Positions 1 through 10,187 of a stretch of 64,000 nt of DNA are shown in pieces (within the stretch, counting starts at the first letter, position 1; every line of letters begins with the position of its first letter). The position numbers were made by a program, and so were the translations under genes. A model generated the notes under the pieces. That model saw only the letters and a list, made by a program, of their open reading frames with translations, made no database searches and was not told the DNA's origin. Where the stretch lies: positions 171,733 through 235,732 of the forward strand of contig CAWALK010000001.1 in the NCBI GenBank assembly GCA_963782915.1. The letters run 5' to 3'. Origin of the DNA: an uncultured archaeon. Lineage in GTDB: Archaea; Thermoproteota; Bathyarchaeia; Bathyarchaeales; Bathycorpusculaceae.

Positions 1-714
1 CACGTTTATGGCGTCTGAGAGAATTTCGCGGTAAGTATCTACGATATCTATTTGGCGTGTTAAATCTTCATGGGTTGTGTCGAATAACGCGCGGGCTTTT
101 GCTGCCATGCAATTGTCTTCGCATTTGTGCAGGTTAAAAACTATGCCGCGCTCATACCATAGGAACTTGTTAAAGCTAATCATGTTTGATTTTAAGGTAA
201 AGATTTTCCTTAGCGTCTCAGGGCTGCTTTTTTCAACCACTTCCTCTTCAATTTCAGAGGTGAGGTCCTCAAGTTTTTCTAAGTGAACATAGTGGCTAGC
301 TATTATTTCATCGATAATATAGTAGGTTACTTGTGAGGGTGGATCAATCTTGGTTTTGCTCATTCGTTCCTTAGCGATATTGATTATGTGCTGGACTTCT
401 TTTGGGGCTACTGTTACTAAGAAGTCTTTTGAGAACGCCATGACTACGGGGAACGCTTTTTTGGTCGAAATTACATCCTGCATTATAACGAAATAGATTA
501 TTCCGAAGCCCATTTCTAAGCGTAAATCAACGATGTTTTCGCGGGGTAAACGCAGAAAGCTAATTGGTAACTGTGTGGCGTTTGAGACGGCTTGTAATTC
601 GTCTTCTGTTGGGTCAACGAGTTCCAGCCAAACATTTTGCAGGGGCCATGTTTGTAGCTCTTGGGGCTGGATGAAGTTTTCGCTGTTGTTGCCCAATTGG
701 ACGAGTCGAATCAT
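1..714 (-). CDS. corA: CorA-family Mg2+/Co2+ transporter (3' end truncated by window)
   Basis: Hand-translated open frame from ATG at 714: MIRLVQLG...VWLELVDPTEDEL...YYIIDEIIASHYVHLEKLEDLTSEIEEEV...DIVDTYREILSDAINV, typical CorA cytoplasmic domain; runs off the window edge. Confidence 0.85.
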   Translation of the reverse strand, partial: MIRLVQLGNNSENFIQPQELQTWPLQNVWLELVDPTEDELQAVSNATQLPISFLRLPRENIVDLRLEMGFGIIYFVIMQDVISTKKAFPVVMAFSKDFLVTVAPKEVQHIINIAKERMSKTKIDPPSQVTYYIIDEIIASHYVHLEKLEDLTSEIEEEVVEKSSPETLRKIFTLKSNMISFNKFLWYERGIVFNLHKCEDNCMAAKARALFDTTHEDLTRQIDIVDTYREILSDAINV

Positions 715-801
715 GAGTATTCAAGGATTTGGCTGCACCATATTAGAGTTGCGGATTATACGCTTGGTTAACCTATAAATAGGCTAACTTGCCTTGAAAT
801 A

Positions 802-1014
802 TTGAAGAGAGGAACTTTTTTGGATTACAAATCAATAACCGTAGCATCTTGCTGGTTAGCAGTCGCAGTTATCTCCGCTGTTTACATGATAGTATTTGGC
901 AGCCAAATCGGCGACGTACTCTTTGGAGTGTTTTTGCCCGTTGGATTGCTCGTTTTTATTGCCGTCGCAGTCACGGTTTATGTAACCTCCAAACCGAATC
1001 AAACACAAACCTAA
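802..1014 (+). CDS. Small two-TM membrane protein
   Basis: 70-aa ORF with two hydrophobic segments, directly upstream of the Fpg-like gene. Confidence 0.6.
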   Translation: MKRGTFLDYKSITVASCWLAVAVISAVYMIVFGSQIGDVLFGVFLPVGLLVFIAVAVTVYVTSKPNQTQT

Positions 1015-1039
1015 GATACACCCTAAACGCATCTGCATA

Positions 1040-1890
1040 ATGGTGTTTGATTTGAGTGTTGAGTTGCCCGAAGCATACATACTCTCAAAACAGATGAATA
1101 CAGAACTCGCTGGAAAACAGGTTGCTACATGTAACCTTCAGAACCTCGGCAACTACCAAAAGTTAGGCTTCATCAACATGTACCTCAGTGACTTTGAAAG
1201 ATTATGCAAGCACATCATTGAAGCTGTGGTTTCCCGAGGCAACACCATACGCATCAAACTTGACGGCGAAGTGAATCTGTTGCTTGCGCCTGAATACGGC
1301 GGAGTAATCCGTTACCACCCCCAAGGCAGCGCTGTATCCCCAAAGTATCACCTAAAACTTGGTTTCACCGATGAATCCGCCTTGACCGTTACATTGACGG
1401 GTATGGGGATTATACAGGCATTAACAGATGAAGAACTACCGCACAGCTATATATACCGCCGAGACTTCTCCGCAACCGCTTCTCCAGTTGAGGAGGTTTC
1501 ACTTTTGAGCGGTTCTCAAAGGAAATCGCTGGCAGAAACGTCAACCTGAAAACCGTTCTGGTTGGCAAAGACGCCGTTGTAGTGGGGCTTGGCAACGCTG
1601 CTTTCCAAGACATAATCTACAGAGCGCACCTGCATCCCAAACGCAAAGCCTCAGAGTTGAACGCCGCTGAGCAGCAGGCACTCTTTGAAGCCATACAATA
1701 CATTGTTAAGCAAAGAATTAATTCTGGGGGCAAGAACCAGTTTGTCGACTTATACGGCAAACAGGGCAGCTACACTCCAGCTATGGGGCCGAACATGAAG
1801 GGCCAAATCTGCACCACATGCGGCTCAGAAGTGGCGAAACTAAGTTTTGGCGGCGGACAAATCTACCTATGCCCCGAATGCCAGAAGTAA
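1040..1890 (+). CDS. Fpg/Nei-family DNA glycosylase-like protein, split by a frameshift near 1500
   Basis: N-terminal ELPE motif; H2TH GLGNAAFQDIIYRAHLHP; C-terminal zinc finger CTTC...CPECQ; two ORFs 1040-1549 and 1582-1890. Confidence 0.85.
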
Positions 1891-1971
1891 CCTTTTCCCA
1901 AGAGCTATCTGGTAAGTGATTGTACCTCAAGCCCTTTATCTATAGCAGACGTCAGGACTTGCGGGATATGG

Positions 1972-3471
1972 ATGAAGAAAAGTAACCTTTACGCTTTGGC
2001 AGCGATTCTAATCGTTTTTGTTGCGGTTTCAGCTTTTGCTGCCATAGTAGGCTATGGTTTGTCGTCTCGTTCGGATGGTGTTGCCGCTAAGAAACCCTTC
2101 TACCTTGGAGTCACTTACTGTGGAGAATCCGTTGACGGCGCATGTCAATTAATCGATAGAGTAAAAATTTATACTAATCTGTTTTTGGTACAGTCAAACT
2201 ATTTACAATCAAACCTCGATGAATTAGAGACAATTTGCGATTATGCAGTTAACTCGGGGTTAGATATCATCGTCTACTCTAGTTCTTATCAAATTCAAAA
2301 AGCAAATCTTTCGGTCTTGCTTACGGACTTGCAGTCGCGTTGGGGCAGCCACTTCTTAGGAGTGTATTACAATGACGAACCAGGCGGTAAAATGCTTGAG
2401 GCGCAAGTAGAAATGGGTAATATTACTAAGTATGAAGGTGGCGGAGTAAAAAGAATTGACTCAAATACCGATACTTATGGATCAGAAACCAGTTTTAGCA
2501 AGTCAGGAACTATAACCGTTAGCACTTATAATCGCTTGCAAACAGAAACAAATTATACGGATAACTCTACAACTACTATCTATTTTATCAACGGAACAAT
2601 CGCATATCAAACAAACAACTCAACTTACATTTATACCGAAAATGGAACGGAAACCAGTTTCCAAATGAATTCGCTAATATTTCAGCAGGATGGAACCGTA
2701 CAAGACAAAAACGGCCAAGCCGTAACCGACCAAGGAAACATCACTAGGTTCGCACCCTACCAGCAACTCTGGGATTCCCGACCCCTACAAACCTATGACG
2801 ACGCTGCAGTAGCATATGTCAATAATCTACAGGACACCGTTAGTTGGGTACATAACCAATCCTCTGTTATGGTTTTCACTTCTGACTATGGCCTCTACTG
2901 GTTTGACTATAAGGGCGGCTACGATACAGTGTTCGCAGAGTTAGGCCCAACAGGCAACCCCGAACAGGAAATAGCGATAGTCCGCGGAGCAGCAAATATG
3001 CAAAACAAGACCTGGGGTACGATGCTAACTTGGCCAAACAGCACAACCCCATCGCTCCTTAGCGGCGACGAAATGTACGAGAACCTTAAACTTAGTTATG
3101 AAAGCGGCGCGGACTATGCGGTAGTATTCAATTATGCACCCAACAGCAACGGCACAGGACTCTTGCAAGATGAACATTACACGGCTATCGAGCGGTTCTG
3201 GACTGAAGTAGTTAAAAACCCCACCACAACCAACAACATAACAATACAAGATGCGCTGGTTCTCCCCACCAATTACGGTTGGGGCATGCGACACATAAAC
3301 GATACCATATGGGGCATATGGCAACCTGACAACAATTCATCTCAGATCTGGAGCGCCATTCAAAATACCTTAGAAAGTAAAGCGGGCAAACTTGACATAG
3401 TTTACGACGATCCATTGTACCTCGTAGAAGGCAAGTACCCACATATTCATTACTGGAATATCACTGGATAG
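1972..3471 (+). CDS. Secreted or membrane-anchored hypothetical protein (possible glycoside-hydrolase-like barrel with Thr/Asn-rich insert)
   Basis: 499-aa ORF, N-terminal signal/TM, GVYYNDEPGG motif, many N-x-S/T sequons. Confidence 0.75.
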   Translation: MKKSNLYALAAILIVFVAVSAFAAIVGYGLSSRSDGVAAKKPFYLGVTYCGESVDGACQLIDRVKIYTNLFLVQSNYLQSNLDELETICDYAVNSGLDIIVYSSSYQIQKANLSVLLTDLQSRWGSHFLGVYYNDEPGGKMLEAQVEMGNITKYEGGGVKRIDSNTDTYGSETSFSKSGTITVSTYNRLQTETNYTDNSTTTIYFINGTIAYQTNNSTYIYTENGTETSFQMNSLIFQQDGTVQDKNGQAVTDQGNITRFAPYQQLWDSRPLQTYDDAAVAYVNNLQDTVSWVHNQSSVMVFTSDYGLYWFDYKGGYDTVFAELGPTGNPEQEIAIVRGAANMQNKTWGTMLTWPNSTTPSLLSGDEMYENLKLSYESGADYAVVFNYAPNSNGTGLLQDEHYTAIERFWTEVVKNPTTTNNITIQDALVLPTNYGWGMRHINDTIWGIWQPDNNSSQIWSAIQNTLESKAGKLDIVYDDPLYLVEGKYPHIHYWNITG

Positions 3472-3551
3472 CGAGATTTGAAACATTAAGTTTTAAAAGG
3501 AAGACCCGTAAACTATTCAGTCAGGTTCAATTAACCCCGTGTTGTGGTCGA

Positions 3552-3986
3552 ATGGGAATAAAACTATCAAAATCCGATAAAGCATTCATATCCGAATTAC
3601 CAGTTGGCAGATTAGCAACAGCAACCGAAGACTGCGAACCAGTCGTACGGCCTGTTTGGCCAGTCTTCGACGGTGTATACTTCTACATTGCATCCGACCC
3701 AGACACCCCCAAACTGGAACACATCGAAGCAAACCCGCAGGTTTCACTGGTTATCGATGACTATGACAGAGCCAACTGGTCCAACATTAAAGGCATCCGC
3801 GTCCAAGGCGAAGCAGAACTCATGTGGAACGGCGAAGAATACCGCTATGCCCATGAACTCCTCAAAGAAAAGTTCCCCGAATACCAAACTGAGGACGGCG
3901 GCTGGAAAGAAGGCGACCTTCCAATAATCAAGGTTACCCCCACAAGCTTCTACAAATGGTCTTCCGGTAGCAACTGGAAAAAATAA
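3552..3986 (+). CDS. Pyridoxamine 5'-phosphate oxidase family (PPOX-class) protein
   Basis: GRLATA...PVVRPVW...KLEHIEANPQVSLVID split-barrel signature. Confidence 0.85.
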   Translation: MGIKLSKSDKAFISELPVGRLATATEDCEPVVRPVWPVFDGVYFYIASDPDTPKLEHIEANPQVSLVIDDYDRANWSNIKGIRVQGEAELMWNGEEYRYAHELLKEKFPEYQTEDGGWKEGDLPIIKVTPTSFYKWSSGSNWKK

Positions 3987-4352
3987 ATCCAAAGAAGCAT
4001 GTTTGGACCCTAATGGATGCTCATTGCAGCATCTATTGAGGGGTGGTGCCCTTGGCGTTTTTAAGCCAAACCAAACCATTTTTTTGCCTTTAAAACTTGG
4101 AGATATAGTTTATCTTATATGTACTTTCTATCCGAATAGAGTATGGGTTGAGTATTTTGACTGCTGATGCAACCAGAGTAAAGAAGCCTAAACTGCCAAA
4201 GAAGCGTTTACTGAAAAAAGTTCAGCAAAAATAAACCCTCTTTGAGCACCCGTGATTACACGCTAACTAATCTATAGCAAACCTGCTGAGCGCTTAAATA
4301 GAAGATAAAACAAAAAAAGAAAATTAAAATTTTGGGAAAACAAAAAACAAGA

Positions 4353-4874
4353 TTACTGTGGCTTCGACGAAGCCAGATACTTGAGGTGGAACGGTTTGAT
4401 GACTATTCCGCCTTTAAGGTCAGCATTGAAGGTTTGGCTTTCAACAACCCAGTCAGATAGCTCTGAATCGTGTGCTCTGATAAAGTCTGCAAAGCTTGTA
4501 AAGTTCTCGTGCAGTGAAATGCAAACTGCATCCCAACCCATACCTCTGCCGTCCATGACGAGGATAACGTTGGTTTGCTTCATGTACCATTCTTTCATCT
4601 TCTGTAATGCCTGAGTCTTCTCGTCGCCTGTTTCACACTTTAGTTTACTTTTAACAAAGGTTATGGCTGCAATCTCAAACCCGATTTGGCCGAATTTGGG
4701 AATAACAGTGTATCCTTCGATAAAGTTTTCTTCAAGCATGGCACGTCTTCGAGTTACGGTAGGCTGAGAGACACCTAAGGCTTTGGCTAGTTGTCGATCG
4801 CTTCTGTGAGAGTCCTTCATGAGCTCGAACAGAATCTTGTAGTCAATTGGTTTTAGCTCTTTCATAGCATTCAA
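4353..4874 (-). CDS. Lrp/AsnC family transcriptional regulator
   Basis: DYKILFELMKDSHRSDRQLAKALGVSQPTVTRRR HTH. Confidence 0.9.
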   Translation of the reverse strand: MNAMKELKPIDYKILFELMKDSHRSDRQLAKALGVSQPTVTRRRAMLEENFIEGYTVIPKFGQIGFEIAAITFVKSKLKCETGDEKTQALQKMKEWYMKQTNVILVMDGRGMGWDAVCISLHENFTSFADFIRAHDSELSDWVVESQTFNADLKGGIVIKPFHLKYLASSKPQ

Positions 4875-5043
4875 CTCATGAATATTTTTTTATTCAATAG
4901 CATTTTTTGCCATACTATATAAACTTACATGTTTAATAATCAAAATTTCCACCCTATTATATCGGGTAGAAGTAACAGATACTCTTAAGTTAAAAAAAAC
5001 CTTTAAGGATTGCGGAGGGCAAAAAATAACGACTATTCAAATT

Positions 5044-6388
5044 TTGAATAATATTGAATCAGAAATCACTACTTTCCTTTCAAATCTAATTCGGATTAAC
5101 ACCACTAATCCACCTGGAAATGAAACCGATGCAGCAAGCTTCATAGCGCAGTATCTAGCCAGAGACGGCTTCACATGTGAGGTCTTGGAGTCCGCACCGG
5201 GCAGAGGCAGCGTTATAACACGGCTAAAGGGTTCAGGAGAAAAACCAAACCTGCTCTTGCTCTCCCACTTAGACGTTGTTGCTGCAAATCCGGCGGAGTG
5301 GTCAGTTGACCCATTTGCGGGCACAGTTAAAGACGGCTACGTCTACGGACGAGGCGCATACGACATGAAAGGTATGCTCGCCGTAGAATTATTCACCCTA
5401 AAACTCCTGAAACAAAACAACATCCCCCTAAAAGGCGACATAGTCTTGGCTGCAACCGCTGATGAAGAGAAAGGTGGCGAAGAAGGCGCAGGATACATAC
5501 TGCGAAAGCACAAAGACAAAGTTTGGTGCCCATATGTACTAAACGAAGGCGGCGGATTAGCCATTCCACAAAAAAACGGCAACGTTTACCCAGTGCAAAC
5601 CGCAGAAAAAGGTATCCTCTGGTTCAAAATAAAAGCCAAAGGCACCCCTGGACACGGCTCAACACCGAACACCGCTGACAACGCAATTCTGCGAATAAAC
5701 AAAGTCATAGCCAAACTTGACAGTTATAAACCAGCAACGGTGTATGTGCCGACCCTAAAGGAATTCTTATCAGAAATCGCCAGAATAAACCCAGACCTCA
5801 AAGCAGACTTCACAAACTTGCTGAACAACTCCAAATAAAGCGAACGAAATACTCGACGAATTAGCAAAGAAAGACAAAGCCCTCGCAGAAGAAATCAGAC
5901 CCAGAACAAAAACCACCATAACACCAACCATTATCCGCGGCGGAATCAAAGAAAACATAATACCCTCCGAATGCGAAGCAACCTTCGATTGCCGAGTACT
6001 GCCCGGCCAAAGCGTAAACGACACACTTGAAACCATCAAAGGTTTGCTTAAAGATGTGGGCTATGACAAGTTAAGCTTCGAAATAATACAGATACACGAC
6101 GGCAACGAATCCACAACCAAAACACCCCTCTACAGTGCCATCACGGACGTTCTACGCGAAGTAGAGCCTAACTGCGGCGTAACTCCAGCGATGACAACAG
6201 GCGGCACCGATTCACGCTTCTTCAGAGAAACAGGCAGCATATGCTACGGTTTCCACCCAATGCGCCCAGATGAACCCAACGATTTACTGGAAAAACGCAT
6301 GCACGGCATCGATGAACGCATAACAATCGAGAATCTCGTTTGGGGCACAAGCGTCTTCTATGAAGCCGTTAAAAGATTCATGACTTAG
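5044..6388 (+). CDS. M20/M25/M40 family metallopeptidase, frameshifted near 5830
   Basis: SHLDVV, GRGAYDMKG, ADEEKGG, GGTDSRFF and MHGIDER motifs across two ORFs. Confidence 0.9.
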
Positions 6389-6487
6389 AACCAAAGCTTT
6401 GTCCAGCTTTGGACCATTCATTTTTTATTATCAACCATACATCTCTATTACTCTATCAGGCAAACGCCTGCTGGAGCGATACATAGA

Positions 6488-7030
6488 ATGTTTAGCGGAA
6501 CCGCATTAGTAGGCAAAGAAGCACCCAACCTAAACCCATCCAAAACAGTCGGTTTAATCTCCGATACGCATGTCCCCAAAAGAGCCCATTGTCTACCACA
6601 CAGAGTGCTAGAAATTTTCCAAAACGTAGATTACATCATCCATGCAGGCGACTTAGTGGAGTTGGCAGTTGTTGACGAACTAGAAACGATCGCTCCAGTA
6701 CTGGCAGTGCACGGCAACATGGATGGCATGGATATCGTAGGAGCGCTTCCAAGGCTAAACTCCTTGAAGGTGTTTGATTGGAAAATCGGTGTCATGCATG
6801 ACCCAGACATCAATTTTGGCTTCAACAAGATGCGTGAACTTGTTAAGGAACAGGGATTCAACGTCTTCGTTTATGGCCATACGCATGTAGCGAACATTAA
6901 GTGGGAAGGTAAAACCCTCTACATCAACCCTGGCAGCGCCACTGTACCCTCTTCACCCCTGAGCAAGCCATCTGTGGGTATGCTTAAAATCACAAAAGAA
7001 ACTATTGTACCGGAAATAATTGATTTCTAA
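6488..7030 (+). CDS. YfcE/MJ0936-type metallophosphoesterase
   Basis: SDTH, HAGD, HGNMD, GHTH and NPGS motifs. Confidence 0.92.
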   Translation: MFSGTALVGKEAPNLNPSKTVGLISDTHVPKRAHCLPHRVLEIFQNVDYIIHAGDLVELAVVDELETIAPVLAVHGNMDGMDIVGALPRLNSLKVFDWKIGVMHDPDINFGFNKMRELVKEQGFNVFVYGHTHVANIKWEGKTLYINPGSATVPSSPLSKPSVGMLKITKETIVPEIIDF

Positions 7031-7477
7031 CTAAAGCAGCGCTGGTCCATAGAAGATTGCGAAGAGAACGATTCCTAAGATCAAAGAGAAAACCCAAATG
7101 CCAAGTGTAGGCAGCATCCAATTTTTTCGGCCAATGCAGCCTGCAAAGTTTTTTCTAAACCGCCAAAGCCCAGCAAGCAGGGCTGCTAACGCCACCGCTA
7201 TGCTTCCAGTGATTGCATGGATTAAAATTACCGCTGAAAGCAAAGTGAATGGCGCGAGAATATTTGGAAGCAGTGCAATAACCAAGGATGGAACCATAAT
7301 AGCGAAGATTAACGCGAAATGCAGTATTGTTGCTACAACCATGACGATGCCGTGTCGCATGAATTTTAGTTTACTTTTTAAATAATAACCGTAAAAAAGC
7401 AGAACCAGCACTGCCAGCTGCACTATTAAACTTGTCAGGCCTATAAGCGTAAAAAAATCCAAAGATGCCATAATCAA
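7031..7477 (-). CDS. Four-TM membrane protein (DUF420-like)
   Basis: Four hydrophobic helices with His residues (RHG, LHF, IHAITG). Confidence 0.7.
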   Translation of the reverse strand: MIMASLDFFTLIGLTSLIVQLAVLVLLFYGYYLKSKLKFMRHGIVMVVATILHFALIFAIMVPSLVIALLPNILAPFTLLSAVILIHAITGSIAVALAALLAGLWRFRKNFAGCIGRKNWMLPTLGIWVFSLILGIVLFAIFYGPALL

Positions 7478-7737
7478 ACAAGTGAAAGTTTACCATTTTA
7501 AGCTTTACTTTCACTCACCCCTCCCCTCCGTCTCGGAGTCGCTTCTGCATGCCGCTTAAAAGCAAAAAACGCTACACCGCTACTTTGATGATCAAACATG
7601 GAACATTGTAAGAACCCATGGAAAGATGCCTGCGCTAGTGAGGACATCAAACTCTATATCCAAATAAAAGGTGAAAACTTGCCCATTTGCCAGCAGTGCT
7701 GGAGCAAAATCGCTGATCAAGAGGCGGAATGGTGAAA

Positions 7738-7958
7738 TGGAGAGCTTCAGCGCCAACAGCGCAAAATCCTACATCGGAAGAAACGTCAACCTTCACCTAA
7801 AAGACGGTGCAGTAATAGTAAACGTGCAACTGACAAAACTACGCAAATGTGCCGGAAAAAACAACAACCAAATCGAGTACAGCCTAGGACGCAGAGCCAC
7901 CCGCATACCGCTTAGAAGCATCGCATACGCTGAAATGTTAAACGCCAATATCCTGTAA
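7738..7958 (+). CDS. Small protein with Sm/LSm-like beta pattern
   Basis: YIGRNVNLHLKDGAVIVNV...RIPLRSI; GGTGA SD-like sequence just before ATG 7738. Confidence 0.6.
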
Positions 7959-8022
7959 AAATCCAGTTTAATAATAAAAGACCGAGTAAATGCAGAAATA
8001 GAGCCAATATAATTCTCCGTTT

Positions 8023-8418
8023 ATGGATTGCTCAAACTGTGGCGTATGCTGTACCGAAACAGAGATGCTGCTCTCAAAAAAAGACATCAAACGCTTAGAA
8101 GATAGAGGGTATAGCCAAAACCAGTTTGTACGCTATGATACACATGGATATGCCACGCTTAAGAATCGTGAGGGTTACTGCGTGTTCTATGACCTTACCA
8201 AGCGCCAATGCAGCGAATATGAAAATCGGCCGTCGGGTTGCAGAGTTTACCCCGTTATCGTTGATGAAGAGAAAGGGATCGTTTTAGATACTATCTGCGA
8301 GTCAAGAAATACCATTACTGAGCAGGAAAAACATCTTAAGGGCAAACGTGTAGTGCATCTTTTAGAAGTGATTGATGCTGAGGCGCTTGCGCGTCGCTCT
8401 GGAAAGTTGAAGGGTTAG
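8023..8418 (+). CDS. YkgJ-family cysteine-cluster protein
   Basis: CSNCGVCC...CVFY...CSEYENRPSGCRVYP. Confidence 0.9.
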   Translation: MDCSNCGVCCTETEMLLSKKDIKRLEDRGYSQNQFVRYDTHGYATLKNREGYCVFYDLTKRQCSEYENRPSGCRVYPVIVDEEKGIVLDTICESRNTITEQEKHLKGKRVVHLLEVIDAEALARRSGKLKG

Positions 8419-8595
8419 TTTTAGGTTATTTTTTGGTTGTTTTGCTTGTTTGCATTGGCAGCAAATAACTTTGTCCCTGTTTGCTTCGGCTTCTTGCTTG
8501 GGGATTAGGCTTGTTTGAATTAGTTTGCCGCAGCTGTCACAGATAACTTGGACTTCGGCTACGCGGCTGTTGCTCTGGATTATCCTAACAGGCAA
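8362..8595 (-). CDS. Small zinc-ribbon protein
   Basis: CDSC...CCQC; starts immediately after the stop of 8598-8744; true 3' end uncertain. Confidence 0.55.
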   Translation of the reverse strand: MPVRIIQSNSRVAEVQVICDSCGKLIQTSLIPKQEAEANRDKVICCQCKQAKQPKNNLKLTLQLSRATRKRLSINHF

Positions 8596-8597
8596 AG

Positions 8598-8744
8598 TTA
8601 GGGTCCTTCCTTTGTGCGTTTATCAGTTGCCACTAAGTATTCTATGTATTCTTTGATTGTGCATCCTTTTTCTTTGGCTCTTAATTTCATTTCCTGATGC
8701 ACGCTCTCAGTTACGGTTAAGCATTTGTATCCTTTTCTGGGCAA
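8598..8744 (-). CDS. Small ribbon-helix-helix-like DNA-binding protein
   Basis: TTG start preceded by GAGGAG; MPRKGYKCLTVTESVHQEMKLRAKEKGCTIKEYIEYLV. Confidence 0.65.
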   Translation of the reverse strand: MPRKGYKCLTVTESVHQEMKLRAKEKGCTIKEYIEYLVATDKRTKEGP

Positions 8745-8773
8745 GCACGCTTCTCCTCGGGGGCTATCTCGCT

Positions 8774-8786
8774 CCGTACAGTACGG
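8774..8786. promoter_or_regulatory. Perfect palindrome CCGTAC-A-GTACGG, candidate operator
   Basis: Lies between divergent small RHH-like genes, next to the AT-rich TATAAAATTAA. Confidence 0.45.
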
Positions 8787-8898
8787 TACTATTGTGGATA
8801 TAAAATTAACGGTAAAAAACGGCGACCGCAAATAGTGTGAAAAGTTTTTAAACCTTAAATAAACGAGCACGCGGTTACTATCTTTAGAGGGGAACCGA

Positions 8899-9111
8899 AC
8901 GCCGAAAAAAGGCTACAAAACAATCACTGTAAAGACTGAAGTTTATGATTACTTCTTCCACGAATGGCTCAAAGTGAAAGAAGAATATACCATAACACAT
9001 GGCATCCGAAGCTTCTCAGCCTACATCACCTACCGCTTAGCACAGCTGATAAGCCAAGACACCAATCAAAAGAGTAAAAATTCTGTATCTACAACTTTAA
9101 ATAAGCCCTAA
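8899..9111 (+). CDS. Small RHH-like protein, paralog of 8598-8744, with apparent ACG start
   Basis: Hand-translated (ACG)PKKGYKTITVKTEVYDYFFHEWLKVKEEYTITHGIRSFSAYITYRLAQLI...; GAGGGG upstream; absent from ORF track. Confidence 0.6.
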   Translation, partial: TPKKGYKTITVKTEVYDYFFHEWLKVKEEYTITHGIRSFSAYITYRLAQLISQDTNQKSKNSVSTTLNKP

Positions 9112-9135
9112 GCTGACTTGTAGAGGGTAATAGTC

Positions 9136-10140
9136 ATGCCATGTTCAGTAATCGTCGGCGCCTTCTGGGGAGACGAAGGCAAAGGAAAAATAATCTCATA
9201 TTTAGCACTCAAAGATAACCTTGATTTTTGTGTCAGAACAGGCTCAGTGAATGCAGCCCACACCGTTTGGTATGAAGGCAAAAAATATGCCCTCCACATG
9301 GTGCCAGCAGCATTCCTCAACCCAAAGACACGACTACTCATCTCAGCCGGCGCCAACGTCCACATTGGACAATTCCAAAAAGAAATGGAACTAACACAAG
9401 TTGACGCCAAACGCATGGGTATCGATCAGAACGCCTCAATTATCGAGCAGAAACACAGCGACCAAGACAAAGCCTCTGCATTCAACAAAGGCATAGGCAC
9501 CACCGGATGGGGCGTCGGTCCAGCCATTGAGGACCGCGTAAGACGCACCGCCAAACTCGCAAAAGACATGCCCGAACTCAAACAGTTCCTCTGCGATGGA
9601 ATCCAAGAGGTCAACGACGGCTTAGACGAAGGCAAAAGCGTAATCTTGGAGGGCACACAGGGCTTCATGTTATCACTATTCCTGAGTGGTGGCTACCCAT
9701 ATGTCACCGGCAGAGACACCGGCGCATCCGCCATAGCCTCCGAAGCAGGCGTAGGACCCACCAGAGTCGACGACGTCATAGTTGTCTACAAATCATTCAT
9801 CACCCGCGTCGGCGCAGGACCATTACCCGGCGAAATCACCAAAGAAGAAGCCCAGAAACGCGGTTGGTTCGAAGTTGCCGCAGGCACAGGACGCGACCGC
9901 CGCTCAGCACCATTCGATTTCGACTTAGCTAAAAAAACCGCTAAAATCAACGGTGCCACACAAGGTGCAATGACAAAACTCGACGTAATCTTCCCAGCAT
10001 GCAAGGGCTCACGCAAATTCGCTGACATGCCAAAAGAAGCTAAAGAATTCATAAAAGAAGTAGAAAAACGCACAGGCATACCCATCACTTTAATCGGAAC
10101 TGGTCCTGAAGCGTTAGATATCATCGACCGCCGAGCATAG
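9136..10140 (+). CDS. purA: Adenylosuccinate synthetase (short archaeal form)
   Basis: WGDEGKGK, NAAHTV, GIGTTGWGVGPA, EGTQG and TGRDRR motifs. Confidence 0.97.
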   Translation: MPCSVIVGAFWGDEGKGKIISYLALKDNLDFCVRTGSVNAAHTVWYEGKKYALHMVPAAFLNPKTRLLISAGANVHIGQFQKEMELTQVDAKRMGIDQNASIIEQKHSDQDKASAFNKGIGTTGWGVGPAIEDRVRRTAKLAKDMPELKQFLCDGIQEVNDGLDEGKSVILEGTQGFMLSLFLSGGYPYVTGRDTGASAIASEAGVGPTRVDDVIVVYKSFITRVGAGPLPGEITKEEAQKRGWFEVAAGTGRDRRSAPFDFDLAKKTAKINGATQGAMTKLDVIFPACKGSRKFADMPKEAKEFIKEVEKRTGIPITLIGTGPEALDIIDRRA

Positions 10141-10187
10141 GAACTTTTATTTCCTATCTCCTTTATCCTGTTTTAAGGCATGACTCT

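Noticed and set aside
77-778. Plus-strand ORFs 77-286 and 533-778, and similar antisense ORFs throughout
   Set aside because: They lie opposite well-supported genes (here corA) and have no recognisable motifs.
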